A DNA stretch of 56,007 nucleotides from Alphaproteobacteria bacterium (lineage in GTDB: Bacteria; Pseudomonadota; Alphaproteobacteria; CAAHEQ01; UBA3637). The stretch covers positions 1 to 56,007 of the forward strand of contig JAFXIF010000024.1 of assembly GCA_017533325.1 (NCBI GenBank). The letters are read 5' to 3'. Positions 28,094 to 38,065 of this stretch are shown one piece after another (position 1 is the first letter of the stretch; every line of letters starts with the position of its first letter). The notes beneath the pieces were generated by a model that had not been told where the DNA came from, did no database searches, and was given only the letters and a program-made list of their open reading frames with translations. The position numbers and the translations under genes are program-made.

Positions 28094-29137
28094 TTATTCA
28101 TCTTCATCAAAAATAAGACCGCGTCCTTCTTGAACTGATTTTCCTTCTAATAAATATTTTTTAACATTTTTACGCAAAGATGTGTCTTCCGGTAAGGATT
28201 CAATTGAAAAATCCAAATTTGTTTTTTGGGTGTTAAACAAGAAGCGAAAAAAGTCATCACCGGTATCTTCATCATTTGGGGGTAATAATAAAAATAGGCT
28301 TTGAAAATACATAATATGCCTATCTTTTGTTAAAAATAATTCCATTTGAAGGCTTAACAACCAGGAATGGCATCGATAAATGATTTTTGAAGTGTTGGGG
28401 AAATATTTTTTAATATTCTTTTTGGCTAAAGAAAGGGATTCATCGACCATTTTGGGTTCCAGTCTTCCATGTCGGTCAATATGAATATTAATACAAATAT
28501 CCCCCGGCTTGATTAAAACTTCGTCTTTGACTTTTTTATTATTCCCTAAAACTTTTTTATTCCCTTTTTTATCTTTCACAATAACAAACGGATCGCGATA
28601 ATAGGAATATTCAAATTGAAGGCGACCGAATTTCATTAATAACTGACGGACAAATCGAATTCCCCAGGCTAAAGACCCATAGCTGATGCCGTTAATTTTA
28701 TAAAGATGGAGCCCTCTTAAAATTGTTTCTTTAATGCCAATAATTTGATGTTCTTTTTGTTTTTTATCTAAACCTTTCAATGCCTTTTTATGTGTTTTAA
28801 CAGCGCTTAAAAGGACTAAAGCTGAAATATCGGCTCGAACAGGCTTTGCTTTCCAATATTCCATCTCTAAAAACTCATCATCTTTTGTTTCAAAAGAAAT
28901 ATATTTGATTAAAAGAGCGGCTTTTTTAAGGACTTTATTTGTTTTAAATTCTTCAATTAAATTTAAACAGTGTTGATAAAAGGATTCCTCATCTTCCAAG
29001 TTGTAAAATTTAAAAGCCTCGTCTAATTCTTTTTTTGTGATCACCGATTTTTTAAGGGATACTGCATTTTCGTATTTGATAAAAGTTTTGGGTATTGCTT
29101 TAAGATTTAAAACATTTTGAATCTCTTCGATACTCAT
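28094..29137 (-). CDS. Hypothetical protein, possibly of the NAT_N/GNAT_C acyltransferase-like family
   Basis: Pattern RLQFEY...NIHIDRHGRLEP...SL..AKK...YFP.....CHSWLL recalls that family. The track ORF begins at a TTG. I prefer the ATG at 29137, which has an AGGGGA Shine-Dalgarno site. Confidence 0.4.
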   Translation of the reverse strand: MSIEEIQNVLNLKAIPKTFIKYENAVSLKKSVITKKELDEAFKFYNLEDEESFYQHCLNLIEEFKTNKVLKKAALLIKYISFETKDDEFLEMEYWKAKPVRADISALVLLSAVKTHKKALKGLDKKQKEHQIIGIKETILRGLHLYKINGISYGSLAWGIRFVRQLLMKFGRLQFEYSYYRDPFVIVKDKKGNKKVLGNNKKVKDEVLIKPGDICINIHIDRHGRLEPKMVDESLSLAKKNIKKYFPNTSKIIYRCHSWLLSLQMELFLTKDRHIMYFQSLFLLLPPNDEDTGDDFFRFLFNTQKTNLDFSIESLPEDTSLRKNVKKYLLEGKSVQEGRGLIFDEDE

Positions 29138-29277
29138 AAAAGTCCCCTGTTGTGTGTAGTAATGATAGGGCAAAGTATAAAAAATAAAAAATTTTTCTGC
29201 AATAAAAAATAATGTTGAAATTAAAAAAAAAATAGTTATACCCTTAAAAAAGATAAGATGTTTATGAGGGAGGCAAA

Positions 29278-30024
29278 ATGAAAGTTCTTATTTTAAAAAC
29301 AAAAGAAGAAGCTTGTGAATGGGTTGCAAATCATTTGATTTTGGCAATTAAAGAATTCAAACCGACGCCAGAAAAGAAGTTTTTGGTATTAGGGTTACCA
29401 ACTGGTTCAACACCCGTTCCGGTTTATGAAAAATTGGTTAAAGCTTATCAAAATAACGAAATTTCATTTAAAAATGTTGTTACCTTTAATATGGATGAAT
29501 ATTTAGGGCTTGCTCCTACCCATAATCAAAGTTACCATTATTTTATGGATGAAAATTTATTTAATCATATTGATTTGCCAAAAAGCCAAATTCATATTTT
29601 GGATGGATTGGCTTCAAATCCACAGCAAGAATGTGTGGATTATGAAGAAAAAATTGCCTCATTCGGAGGAATTGATATTCAACTGGGCGGTATCGGGGAA
29701 AACGGGCATTTGGCATTTAATGAGCCGGGAACGTCGTTTGACAGTTTGACCCATGTGCAACAATTAACAGATAATACCATTGAGGTAAATTCAAGATTTT
29801 TTGAAAAGAAATCTGATGTGCCTCAAAAAGCATTAACCATTGGGCTTCAAACTATTTTTAACGCCAAAGAAGTGATTGTTTTAGCGTTAGGTGAGAAAAA
29901 GGCAGAGGCTGTGTATAAAAGTGTCAGAGGGGAAGTTTCTTATCTTTGCCCGGCATCGATGATTCAAAATCATTCGAATGGTATTTTTGTTGTTGATGAA
30001 GCCGCTGCTTTAAAACTTTCTTAA
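29278..30024 (+). CDS. nagB: Glucosamine-6-phosphate deaminase
   Basis: GLPTGSTPVPVY, FNMDEY, GGIGENGHLAFNEPG. Confidence 0.9.
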   Translation: MKVLILKTKEEACEWVANHLILAIKEFKPTPEKKFLVLGLPTGSTPVPVYEKLVKAYQNNEISFKNVVTFNMDEYLGLAPTHNQSYHYFMDENLFNHIDLPKSQIHILDGLASNPQQECVDYEEKIASFGGIDIQLGGIGENGHLAFNEPGTSFDSLTHVQQLTDNTIEVNSRFFEKKSDVPQKALTIGLQTIFNAKEVIVLALGEKKAEAVYKSVRGEVSYLCPASMIQNHSNGIFVVDEAAALKLS

Positions 30025-30072
30025 TGAAAATATCTTTTAAAAGTTATTATTATTTAAAGGGGAGAAATAATT

Positions 30073-30540
30073 ATGACGGAGCAAAAGAAATTATCCATTC
30101 ATCCTGAATATGATGAAAAAAAAGGCGTTTTTTTAGGATATGTTGTTAAACGGGGAAATTCTTTTTTAAAAGATAATGATGGGAATAAAATTTTATTATC
30201 CGTGCAAGAAGCTAATAATGAATATTTTGTTTCTTATCAAGGTGAAAAATGGCATTTATCCGCTCAAGAATATGAGTTAGATGAACAGGCTCAATTGAAG
30301 TTTAAACCAAAAATTCAAAACGGACATTTTCAAGGATATACTATTTTGCAATATGATGAAAAAGAGCAAAAACTGGTGTCACGTGGAACTGTTGGGGCTC
30401 AAGACGTTAAATATAAACGCGTTGAAAACGGATTAATTGATTGTATTTATGAAGATAGGCAACAAGATGGGACGTGTAAAACCTATTTTATTGCAAAAAT
30501 GACACAAGATGAATATGATTTATTGATGCATTTTTCCTAA
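30073..30540 (+). CDS. Hypothetical protein (155 aa)
   Basis: Good GGGGAG Shine-Dalgarno site. No recognisable motif. Confidence 0.5.
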   Translation: MTEQKKLSIHPEYDEKKGVFLGYVVKRGNSFLKDNDGNKILLSVQEANNEYFVSYQGEKWHLSAQEYELDEQAQLKFKPKIQNGHFQGYTILQYDEKEQKLVSRGTVGAQDVKYKRVENGLIDCIYEDRQQDGTCKTYFIAKMTQDEYDLLMHFS

Positions 30541-30652
30541 AAAAATGGTTTGATTTAAATTTAAAACTTTTATAACGCCTTGCCTTTTTTTATAAAAACA
30601 GCTAAACTTTGTTTAGGGTTTAAGTTGCATTAATTAAAAGAAAGGAAAATCC

Positions 30653-31375
30653 ATGTTCTTTTCAAAGAAAAAAAATGAAAGCAAAAAAACAACACTTAAA
30701 ACATATTTTTTTACAGGAGTTATCGTAACGGCTCCAATCGCCATTACGCTTTATTTAGCAATTGAATTTATTGCTTTTATTGATACAAAAGTAACGGGAT
30801 TTATTCCGGCAGCTTATAATCCGAACAGTTTTTTGCCTTATGGCTTACCCGGTATCGGAATTATTCTTCTTTTGTTGTTTTTTACCGGTATCGGTATGTT
30901 GACAGCCAATTTTATCGGTCAATATTTTATGCGTTTAGGCTTAAAAGTGATTGGAAAAATGCCTGTCATTTCCGGTCTTTATAATGCTATTCGAAAAATT
31001 TTTGAAACATTATTGGGTCAAGAATCAAATAAAGCATTTCGAAAAGCTGTGTTAATTGAATATCCGAGAAGAGATTTATGGACCATTGCTTTTTTAACCG
31101 GCCCTGTGGCAAATCAAATCAGTGAAACTTTGAAACAAGATGATTTGATTAGCGTTTATGTTCCCACAACTCCAAACCCAACTTCCGGCTTTTTTCTTTA
31201 TGTTCCTCAAAAAGACGTGAAAGAATTGGATGTATCAGTGGATGATGCGTTGAAAATGGTTCTTTCAACTGGAATTATTTCTCCTAAAGAAGATGTGGTC
31301 TTAAAAAAAGAGAATAGTGCTTTAAAAGAGAAAAAAACTCTAAAACGTGTGCAAAATAAAAAAACAGAAAATTAA
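30653..31375 (+). CDS. DUF502-family membrane protein
   Basis: Two transmembrane helices followed by ..IGKMPVISGLYNAIRKIFETL.. and ..PTTPNPTSGFFLYVP.., typical of DUF502. Confidence 0.7.
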   Translation: MFFSKKKNESKKTTLKTYFFTGVIVTAPIAITLYLAIEFIAFIDTKVTGFIPAAYNPNSFLPYGLPGIGIILLLLFFTGIGMLTANFIGQYFMRLGLKVIGKMPVISGLYNAIRKIFETLLGQESNKAFRKAVLIEYPRRDLWTIAFLTGPVANQISETLKQDDLISVYVPTTPNPTSGFFLYVPQKDVKELDVSVDDALKMVLSTGIISPKEDVVLKKENSALKEKKTLKRVQNKKTEN

Positions 31376-32340
31376 TTTTCTTTGTTTTTAATAAAAGTTT
31401 TAAGAGCCTCTAAATCTTTTGCCGCTAAGATTTGTTTATATGTTTTTGCATTTTGTTGCCCATGAAAAAGACCCATTAAATGGGGCATAATAATGCTTAG
31501 ACTTTCTTTGTTTTTTTCTAAATACGGCATCATATTTTCAAGAATTTCCTTTCTTGATAAAATAAGGTGATCATCTTGATAAAATATTTGATCAACCTCA
31601 GCTAAAATATATGGGTTGCCATAAGCTAAACGTCCAATCATGGCGCCATCAACATATTCTAAATGTTGTTTGGCACTCTCTAAGGATAAAATATTTCCAT
31701 TGATGGAAATGAGCATATCCGGAAAACTTTTTTTTAAGCGGTAAACGACATCATAATTTAATCCCATTTTATCAGCGCGATTGTCCTTTGGTGACCAATT
31801 AAGTTTAGCTTTCCTTGCATGGACGATTAAGTGGGCGCAGCCGGCTTGTTTGACTAAATTTGCAAAATTAAAAAGCGCTTCAAATCCGTCACCTGCCACA
31901 TCTGAAAGCGAAATTCTTGTTTTAACACTGACAGGAAGAGGAGTTGCAGCTTTCATATTTGAAACACATTCGGCAACCAGTTCAGGCGTTTTCATTAAAA
32001 TAGCACCGAATTTTCCTGATTGAACTCTTGAAGAAGGACATCCGGCATTGATGTTGAGTTCTTTATATCCGTAATCAAATCCGATACGGGCGCAATCTTG
32101 CATCATTTTTGGATGGGAGCCTCCGATTTGTAACACCAACGGATGTTCTTTTTCATCAAATCCGAGTAATTTTTCTTTATTACCTAATAAAATAGCAGGC
32201 GCTGCAATCATTTCTGAATAAAAAACAGCTTTTTTTGTAATTTGTCTTAAAAAAAACCTAAAATGCCGATCGGTCCAATCTAACATCGGTGCAATAGATA
32301 TTTTATGGTTTATGGTGTTTTTTTCTTGAATTTCGTGCAT
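31372..32340 (-). CDS. dusA: tRNA-dihydrouridine synthase A
   Basis: SIAPMLDWTDRHFRFF N-terminus, LNINAGCPS, HARKA. Confidence 0.9.
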   Translation of the reverse strand: MHEIQEKNTINHKISIAPMLDWTDRHFRFFLRQITKKAVFYSEMIAAPAILLGNKEKLLGFDEKEHPLVLQIGGSHPKMMQDCARIGFDYGYKELNINAGCPSSRVQSGKFGAILMKTPELVAECVSNMKAATPLPVSVKTRISLSDVAGDGFEALFNFANLVKQAGCAHLIVHARKAKLNWSPKDNRADKMGLNYDVVYRLKKSFPDMLISINGNILSLESAKQHLEYVDGAMIGRLAYGNPYILAEVDQIFYQDDHLILSRKEILENMMPYLEKNKESLSIIMPHLMGLFHGQQNAKTYKQILAAKDLEALKTFIKNKEN

Positions 32341-32428
32341 TTTTAATGTATCTTTATTATATAAATCGCTTTGTTTAAAGCGATTATAGCCTATTTAGAT
32401 AAAAAAATCAAAAGAAAAGGAGGGATGA

Positions 32429-32650
32429 ATGACGCTTTCAGAAAATGAAATGAAAAAAGTTCAAACATATTTGCAACAATTATTTTGGAATCCTGAAATT
32501 AATGTGCAAAAAGGTTCTGGTATTGATGCTCCGGCTGAGGTTTTTATCGGTAAAGAATTTGTTGGCGTTATTTATAAAAATAATGATGACGGAGAAATTT
32601 CTTTTGATTGGAATATGTCTATTTTAGCAGAAGATATTGAACAATTCTGA
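32429..32650 (+). CDS. DUF3126-family protein
   Basis: 73 aa. ..KVQTYLQQLF.N.EI.V.......AEVFIGKEFVGVIYKNNDDGEISF.. matches the alphaproteobacterial DUF3126 pattern. Confidence 0.7.
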   Translation: MTLSENEMKKVQTYLQQLFWNPEINVQKGSGIDAPAEVFIGKEFVGVIYKNNDDGEISFDWNMSILAEDIEQF

Positions 32651-32670
32651 TTTTATTTTTGTGTTTTTAA

Positions 32671-32712
32671 GAAAACCCCCAAAACTTTTTTAAGCTTTGA
32701 GGGTTTTTCTTT
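32671..32712. terminator. Probable bidirectional terminator hairpin
   Basis: aaaacccccaaaac / gctttgagggtttt forms a 14-bp stem (2 mismatches) with flanking T/A runs, between convergent genes. Confidence 0.5.
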
Positions 32713-33790
32713 ATCCCATTGAGTTTGAACCGTTTCTTTTGTTATTTGCCAAACCAATTTGTTGAGTTAAATCGTCAAGAGGAATTCCAAGTTGATTTTG
32801 TTGTTTGGCACGATTATCAAAATAATTGCGGGCAACGGCAGCACGTTCCGGATCTTCAAAAACAGCGTCAAAATCAATTGGGATACTTGATTGCCCTAAA
32901 TGATAAGCTGCACCTTGTTCTTTGATTTGGTCATCTACATATTGGCGTACCAGATCAATTTCTTGATTCGAAAGGCCCGCTTGTAACATTTCCGCTCGTC
33001 TGATGCCTTTGAAAACTTCTTCATCTAATTGCCTTTGGCGGTCAGCTTCTTCAATGCGTTCGCTTGACCACCCTCCAAACATTTCAGGCATATATCGTTC
33101 CCAAAAATCTGGAGCATCAAATGTTTTGTTTAAAGACCAAACATTTCTTAATTGCGCTTGTGTCACATTATTTTGATTGGTAAGATATTGAGAAGCTCCC
33201 AGACTTAAGAAAGAGCCGTTTGTCGGCATATCTATTGCTAAACGACCTTGATTAAATAAAGGAATGTCTGAAGAATTATCTCTTGTTCCCCAGAGGGAGG
33301 CTTGAGATTGGGCTAATGTCATTCCGTTTTGGATGAGATCTCTGCTTTTTTGAGCCATATTTGTTGACTGTTCAAAATCCTCTTTTGAAAAAGAATGAAA
33401 TTGATTATTAAAAGGATTAACAGGAACAAAAGAGCCATTTTCTAAATTTCGATATTCAAAGTGAAGATGAATGGCATAATTCCCACCGGAATTTCCGACG
33501 TTCCCCAGCCAATCCCCTTTCTGAACGCTTTCGCCAACCGTTAAATGTTTCGGCAATTGGGCAAGGTGTGCAAAGCGCATCATTTTTGTTCCATCTTCAC
33601 TAATAAGGTCGACGGTGTTACCATATCCTCTTCGATAAGAAACAGCATGGACCTTAAAGCCGGAAATTGGGCATCCGACCGGAACATTTTTTCGTCCACC
33701 CGTTCCAAGATCAATGCCTGCGTGACGTCTTCTTCCACCTGATCTGCTTGCACCGAAAAGTTGCGGTGCCCAACCAAAATTAAAAACCAT
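32711..33790 (-). CDS. M23 (LytM-type) metallopeptidase domain protein with ~220-aa C-terminal extension of unknown function
   Basis: HAGIDLG...GYGNTVDL...GNSGG..AIHLHFEY. The track ORF starts at a GTG. The ATG at 33790 has a GAAGGG Shine-Dalgarno site. No signal peptide is seen. Confidence 0.75.
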   Translation of the reverse strand: MVFNFGWAPQLFGASRSGGRRRHAGIDLGTGGRKNVPVGCPISGFKVHAVSYRRGYGNTVDLISEDGTKMMRFAHLAQLPKHLTVGESVQKGDWLGNVGNSGGNYAIHLHFEYRNLENGSFVPVNPFNNQFHSFSKEDFEQSTNMAQKSRDLIQNGMTLAQSQASLWGTRDNSSDIPLFNQGRLAIDMPTNGSFLSLGASQYLTNQNNVTQAQLRNVWSLNKTFDAPDFWERYMPEMFGGWSSERIEEADRQRQLDEEVFKGIRRAEMLQAGLSNQEIDLVRQYVDDQIKEQGAAYHLGQSSIPIDFDAVFEDPERAAVARNYFDNRAKQQNQLGIPLDDLTQQIGLANNKRNGSNSMG

Positions 33791-33921
33791 TTTTTTCACC
33801 CTTCTTTAGTTGCTTTATGTCAGTATATCACAAAAAAAAAGAAAAAACGATTTTTTTATTTCTTTTTTTTTCTTTTTGGTTAAAAATGGAAAAAAATAAT
33901 TTAAAACAGAAAGGATTTTTT

Positions 33922-35490
33922 ATGCGTTTTTTATCAACGGCTTTATTTTTTGCTTTGAGTTTAACCGCTGTTTCTTCTTTTTCACAAGATTATCAATTAG
34001 AGCTTATCCATACCAATGATTTGCATTCAAATTTTTTGCCATTTAAAACAGATGGCTCATCTTGCGAAAATCAAGAATGTTTGGGCGGTTTTGCAAAAAT
34101 TAAAACATTTATTGATGAACAAAGAAAAGAAAATCCAAATCTTGTTTTGCTTGATGCCGGGGATAGGTTTTCGGGAACTGTTTTTTATACTCTTCGCAAA
34201 GGTCAGGATATTCCTTCTTTATTAAATTTAATGAACTATGATGCTATGGCTTTAGGTAATCATGATTTTGATGACGGATTATCTGAATTAAATTCATTTG
34301 AGGAAAAAATTAATGCCCCTTTGCTTTCGGCAAATACCGTTTTTCCAAAAGACCATCCGCTTGAAAAAAATATTCAAAAAGCGCTTGTGCTTCATAAAAA
34401 CAATCGTCAAATCGGTGTGATTTCTTTATTGACAATGGAGGCAAAAATCACAAGCGCCAAAGCTTCGGATATTGAATTAACCGAACTTTATGAAACGGTT
34501 ACACCATTGATTCAAAAACTTAAAAATCAAGGGGTTGATATTATTATTTTGCTTAATCATATTGGCATAGATGAAGATGTAAAATTGGTAAGAGAGTTAA
34601 CGGATGTGGATATTATTGTGAGCGCACATACACATACGCTTCTTTCAAATAATCCGAGTGAAAAAGAAGCAAAAGGAAGTTATCCGGTTGTTGTCCCTGA
34701 TAAAGAAGGAAAAAAAGTTTTAATTGTTTCCGCTGGATATGGTGGTCATCATGTCGGTCATTTAAAAGCTTTTTTTGATGAAAAAGGTGAAGTGATTTCT
34801 TTTGAAGGAGATACTGTTGCTATGGATGGTGGTATTCAACCTGATGTTGAAATGACTCAAAAAATTAAAGAAATTGAAGAAAAAGTTGATCTTGTTTTAA
34901 ATGAAAAGATTTTTGAGGCCAAAAAGGATATTCCCTTAACACATAATAAATTATTTTGTTCTGAATCATGTTATGTGGGAGAAGTGCTCACAAGCGCCTT
35001 GTTAACGGCTGCAAAAGAAACAGGTGAAGCGGTTGATTTTGCCTTTTTAAATGCAGGAGGGATTCGTGCCGGAATGAAAGCCGGGGAAGTCACGTTTAAA
35101 AATATGGCACAAAGCTATCCCTTTGATTCAAAAGCTGTTATTGTTAAAATCAAAGGGAAAGATTTAAAGAATTATTTAAACTTCGGTTTAAAAGATTATG
35201 TGCCGGATGATCGGACAAATCCCTTTATTCAGCCGGCTGGGTTAGGCTATTTATTTTCTGGGAAAACAAAGCAAATTAAAAAGATTTTTTTAACAAACGG
35301 AACGCTTGATTTAGAAAAAGATTATTTAATTGTAATGCCTTCTTTTTTAGCAAAAGGCGGAGATGGATTTCCTCAATTAGAACAGGTTAAAGAGATTTCT
35401 TCAGATACCATTCGAAACGTGATCATAAATGTTTTGAAAAAACAAGGAGCACAATCGTTTGAAAATCGTGTTAAAAAAATGTTTGATTAA
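33922..35490 (+). CDS. Secreted bifunctional metallophosphatase / 5'-nucleotidase (UshA-like)
   Basis: Signal peptide MRFLSTALFFALSLTAVSSFS, then HTNDLHS, DAGDRFSGT, GNHDFD. The start was set at the ATG at 33922, which has an AAAGGA Shine-Dalgarno site. Confidence 0.85.
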   Translation: MRFLSTALFFALSLTAVSSFSQDYQLELIHTNDLHSNFLPFKTDGSSCENQECLGGFAKIKTFIDEQRKENPNLVLLDAGDRFSGTVFYTLRKGQDIPSLLNLMNYDAMALGNHDFDDGLSELNSFEEKINAPLLSANTVFPKDHPLEKNIQKALVLHKNNRQIGVISLLTMEAKITSAKASDIELTELYETVTPLIQKLKNQGVDIIILLNHIGIDEDVKLVRELTDVDIIVSAHTHTLLSNNPSEKEAKGSYPVVVPDKEGKKVLIVSAGYGGHHVGHLKAFFDEKGEVISFEGDTVAMDGGIQPDVEMTQKIKEIEEKVDLVLNEKIFEAKKDIPLTHNKLFCSESCYVGEVLTSALLTAAKETGEAVDFAFLNAGGIRAGMKAGEVTFKNMAQSYPFDSKAVIVKIKGKDLKNYLNFGLKDYVPDDRTNPFIQPAGLGYLFSGKTKQIKKIFLTNGTLDLEKDYLIVMPSFLAKGGDGFPQLEQVKEISSDTIRNVIINVLKKQGAQSFENRVKKMFD

Positions 35491-36725
35491 AAAGAGCCTT
35501 TTCCTTTTTGTTTAAAAGCAATTAAGAAAAGGAAGTTAATTAAAAGGGCGCTTGAATAGCCGATAAACATTGCTGTCCAAGGACTGTATAAATCGGCTAA
35601 AAAGCCCATTAAAAGGGTTCCAAGAGCAAAAAATCCGCTGTTAAGCAAAGAGGCAAAAGAAACCAAGGTTGCGCGTTCTTCGTCCGATACTTCTTTTTGA
35701 ATAAAAGCGCCGGTAGCCGGAGAGTAAATTCCAAAAAAACCGGACCCGAATGTTTTTAAAATTGGGCTGAAGATATTTGCCAAAAGAACCGAAAATATAT
35801 TTACGATATTATCCATAACAGCGGCAAAAAAGATGGTGTTGTTGATGCCGATAAAACCGGCAATTTTTGCGGATAAAAAGCTTGTGACAGAAGAAAGCAT
35901 GTAACCTGCGAATCTTAAAACACCTAAAAATTCAACAGGCATAATTGTTTTAAAAAAGGCCGCATTGATTGTAAAAGAAGATTCATTTAATCCATAGTGA
36001 AGAGAATCGGCAAGAGTAAATGAAAAAAGGCGTTTGTTTTTTTTAAAGTATACCAGAGCTTTAAAAAAATGTTTAAACGGATTGTTTTTTGTTTCTTTAT
36101 GAAAGGGGGCTTCTTTTAATAAAAAAGAAAGAAAAAATGCGCCAAACATTGGTAAAATCGTTATGATAACAACGCCTCTTAATGATAAGAAATAATAAAA
36201 TAATCCGGATAAAACAGCGCCGAGTCCTAATGAAAAAGAAGAAACGGATTTTAATTTTGAAATGGCTTTATGATATTTGTTTTTTAATCTCATTGAAGCT
36301 AAACTTTCATATAAAAGCGTGTCAGAATTTACGGAAGAAAAACGATAAAAGCCGGAACATAAGGCTCCTAAAATTAAAAATTCATAACAAGGAGCAAGGG
36401 CATAAATAATAAAGGAAGAAAGTCTGAAAAAAGAGCAAAGAACAGCAACTTTTTTTCGACCGATTTTATCTGATAAAAGCCCTAGGGGAACGCCCAAACA
36501 AGTGCTTGTCATGTGTGCAACAAAAATAACGGACATGGCTTTTGTATATGATCCTGAAAGGGAAACAAAAAACAATAATTCAATCGGAAGCGAAAAGTTC
36601 ATCCGGATAAAAAATGAAAATAAATATAAAACAAAAACATTTTTTCGCATTTTGTTTTTGCTTTTTAACCCGCAAATAAAATTTTTATGAATAAATGATT
36701 TTATTTTTAAAAAAGCCTTATACAT
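35487..36725 (-). CDS. MFS transporter
   Basis: About 12 hydrophobic segments, with LSDKIGRKK between TM2 and TM3 (the MFS signature). An alternative start is at 36650. Confidence 0.75.
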   Translation of the reverse strand: MYKAFLKIKSFIHKNFICGLKSKNKMRKNVFVLYLFSFFIRMNFSLPIELLFFVSLSGSYTKAMSVIFVAHMTSTCLGVPLGLLSDKIGRKKVAVLCSFFRLSSFIIYALAPCYEFLILGALCSGFYRFSSVNSDTLLYESLASMRLKNKYHKAISKLKSVSSFSLGLGAVLSGLFYYFLSLRGVVIITILPMFGAFFLSFLLKEAPFHKETKNNPFKHFFKALVYFKKNKRLFSFTLADSLHYGLNESSFTINAAFFKTIMPVEFLGVLRFAGYMLSSVTSFLSAKIAGFIGINNTIFFAAVMDNIVNIFSVLLANIFSPILKTFGSGFFGIYSPATGAFIQKEVSDEERATLVSFASLLNSGFFALGTLLMGFLADLYSPWTAMFIGYSSALLINFLFLIAFKQKGKGSF

Positions 36726-37362
36726 CTATTTTTCCAAAAATTGCTATTTTAGAGCCGGTAAGTTTTGCCCAAAGCCTGTCTCCGAATGAGTAATGCCACC
36801 ACTCAGAAGGATAATTGATAAATCCTGATTTTTCAAGTGCTTCCTTTAAAATAAGGCGATTTTTTCTAGCGATAAGTGAAACAGGATAATCAAAATCAGA
36901 TTCTTCAGTGAAAGCGCGCACATCAGAGCCCATAAAATAATCATTTTTATTTTCGTCACAAAGAGTCACATCAATCGCAGCGCCTGATTGATGACCGCTT
37001 CCCTGACGATAGGGATTTGCGCAATAAGTATCGCAAAGGTTAATAAATTCTTCTGACTTTTCATCTAGAGTCGGATGCAAAATTTTTTGTTCTTTAACAA
37101 CTTCATCCCATAATTTTTTTTGCGCTTCTAACGGTCGATAAGCTTCATAAATTTTAAAATAATATCCATCGGGTAAGAAGTTTTTTGCATTTAAAAGCAT
37201 TTGGTAAATATAAGTTCGAATACGCTTTTCGCCCGTAAATTTGTCATCAAAGAAAATGAAATCTTTTTCGTTAATTTGGGTGAGGGAAATTTCTTTTTCA
37301 ATTTCCGTTATAAATAAAGGTTCAGGTAAATTTTTATCACTAAACATTCTAAGCTCTTTCAT
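36718..37362 (-). CDS. ddpX: D-alanyl-D-alanine dipeptidase (VanX/DdpX, M15D)
   Basis: YEAYRPLEAQ, HQSGAAIDVTL, EWWHYSF. Confidence 0.85.
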   Translation of the reverse strand: MKELRMFSDKNLPEPLFITEIEKEISLTQINEKDFIFFDDKFTGEKRIRTYIYQMLLNAKNFLPDGYYFKIYEAYRPLEAQKKLWDEVVKEQKILHPTLDEKSEEFINLCDTYCANPYRQGSGHQSGAAIDVTLCDENKNDYFMGSDVRAFTEESDFDYPVSLIARKNRLILKEALEKSGFINYPSEWWHYSFGDRLWAKLTGSKIAIFGKIDV

Positions 37363-38002
37363 AAGAAGGTTGGTTAAACAAAATGGTTTTTTTATGCTTG
37401 CAAATTATTTTTGGTCTGGATAAAAAATCCATTCTTGATAAACTTAATAAAAGGCGCGGCTCTCCTTGATAAGTGCTTTTTGTTTTAAGTCCGATAATTT
37501 TGGCATTAAATCGTTGCATCAATCGAAGCGAATGAATATTTTGCGGATGAATAGTTATATCCATGGTGTCTATATATCTAAAATATCTGGTTAACACTTT
37601 TTCAAGAGCCTGACTCATTAACCCGTTTCTGCCGAATTTCGGATGAATAAAATAGCCTAAATCCCCACGGATAACATTCCCTGATTTATCCGTTATCGGA
37701 AGCATATCTAAGGTGATGTTTCCAATAAGTTCATTTGTTGGTAAACAAAGAGCTAATCTGTAAGTTGAACGCGGTTTTTCATTTTTTTCCGTGGTAGCTT
37801 TATTTAAAAACTCATTAGTTTTTTTGATTAGTTTTTCTTGATAATTTTCGTCTTTAAGTGGGATATTAAAAGCATAAAAAGGTTGAAATTCTTTATTTTC
37901 ATGCGCTTGTTTATTAATGCTGTCTGCAATAATTAAAAGTGATTTAAAATCCTGTGGTGAAAATTCTCTTATTAAAAAATTTTTTTCTGTGATTGAAAAC
38001 AT
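37349..38002 (-). CDS. GNAT-family N-acetyltransferase (RimJ/RimL-like)
   Basis: GDLGYFIHPKFGRNGLMSQAL acetyl-CoA binding region. 217 aa. Confidence 0.65.
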   Translation of the reverse strand: MFSITEKNFLIREFSPQDFKSLLIIADSINKQAHENKEFQPFYAFNIPLKDENYQEKLIKKTNEFLNKATTEKNEKPRSTYRLALCLPTNELIGNITLDMLPITDKSGNVIRGDLGYFIHPKFGRNGLMSQALEKVLTRYFRYIDTMDITIHPQNIHSLRLMQRFNAKIIGLKTKSTYQGEPRLLLSLSRMDFLSRPKIICKHKKTILFNQPSYERA

Positions 38003-38065
38003 ATAATCCTATTCTTTTTTTTAATTAAAAAAACAAGGTAACAAAACTTTTCTTTCTTGTCAAAT

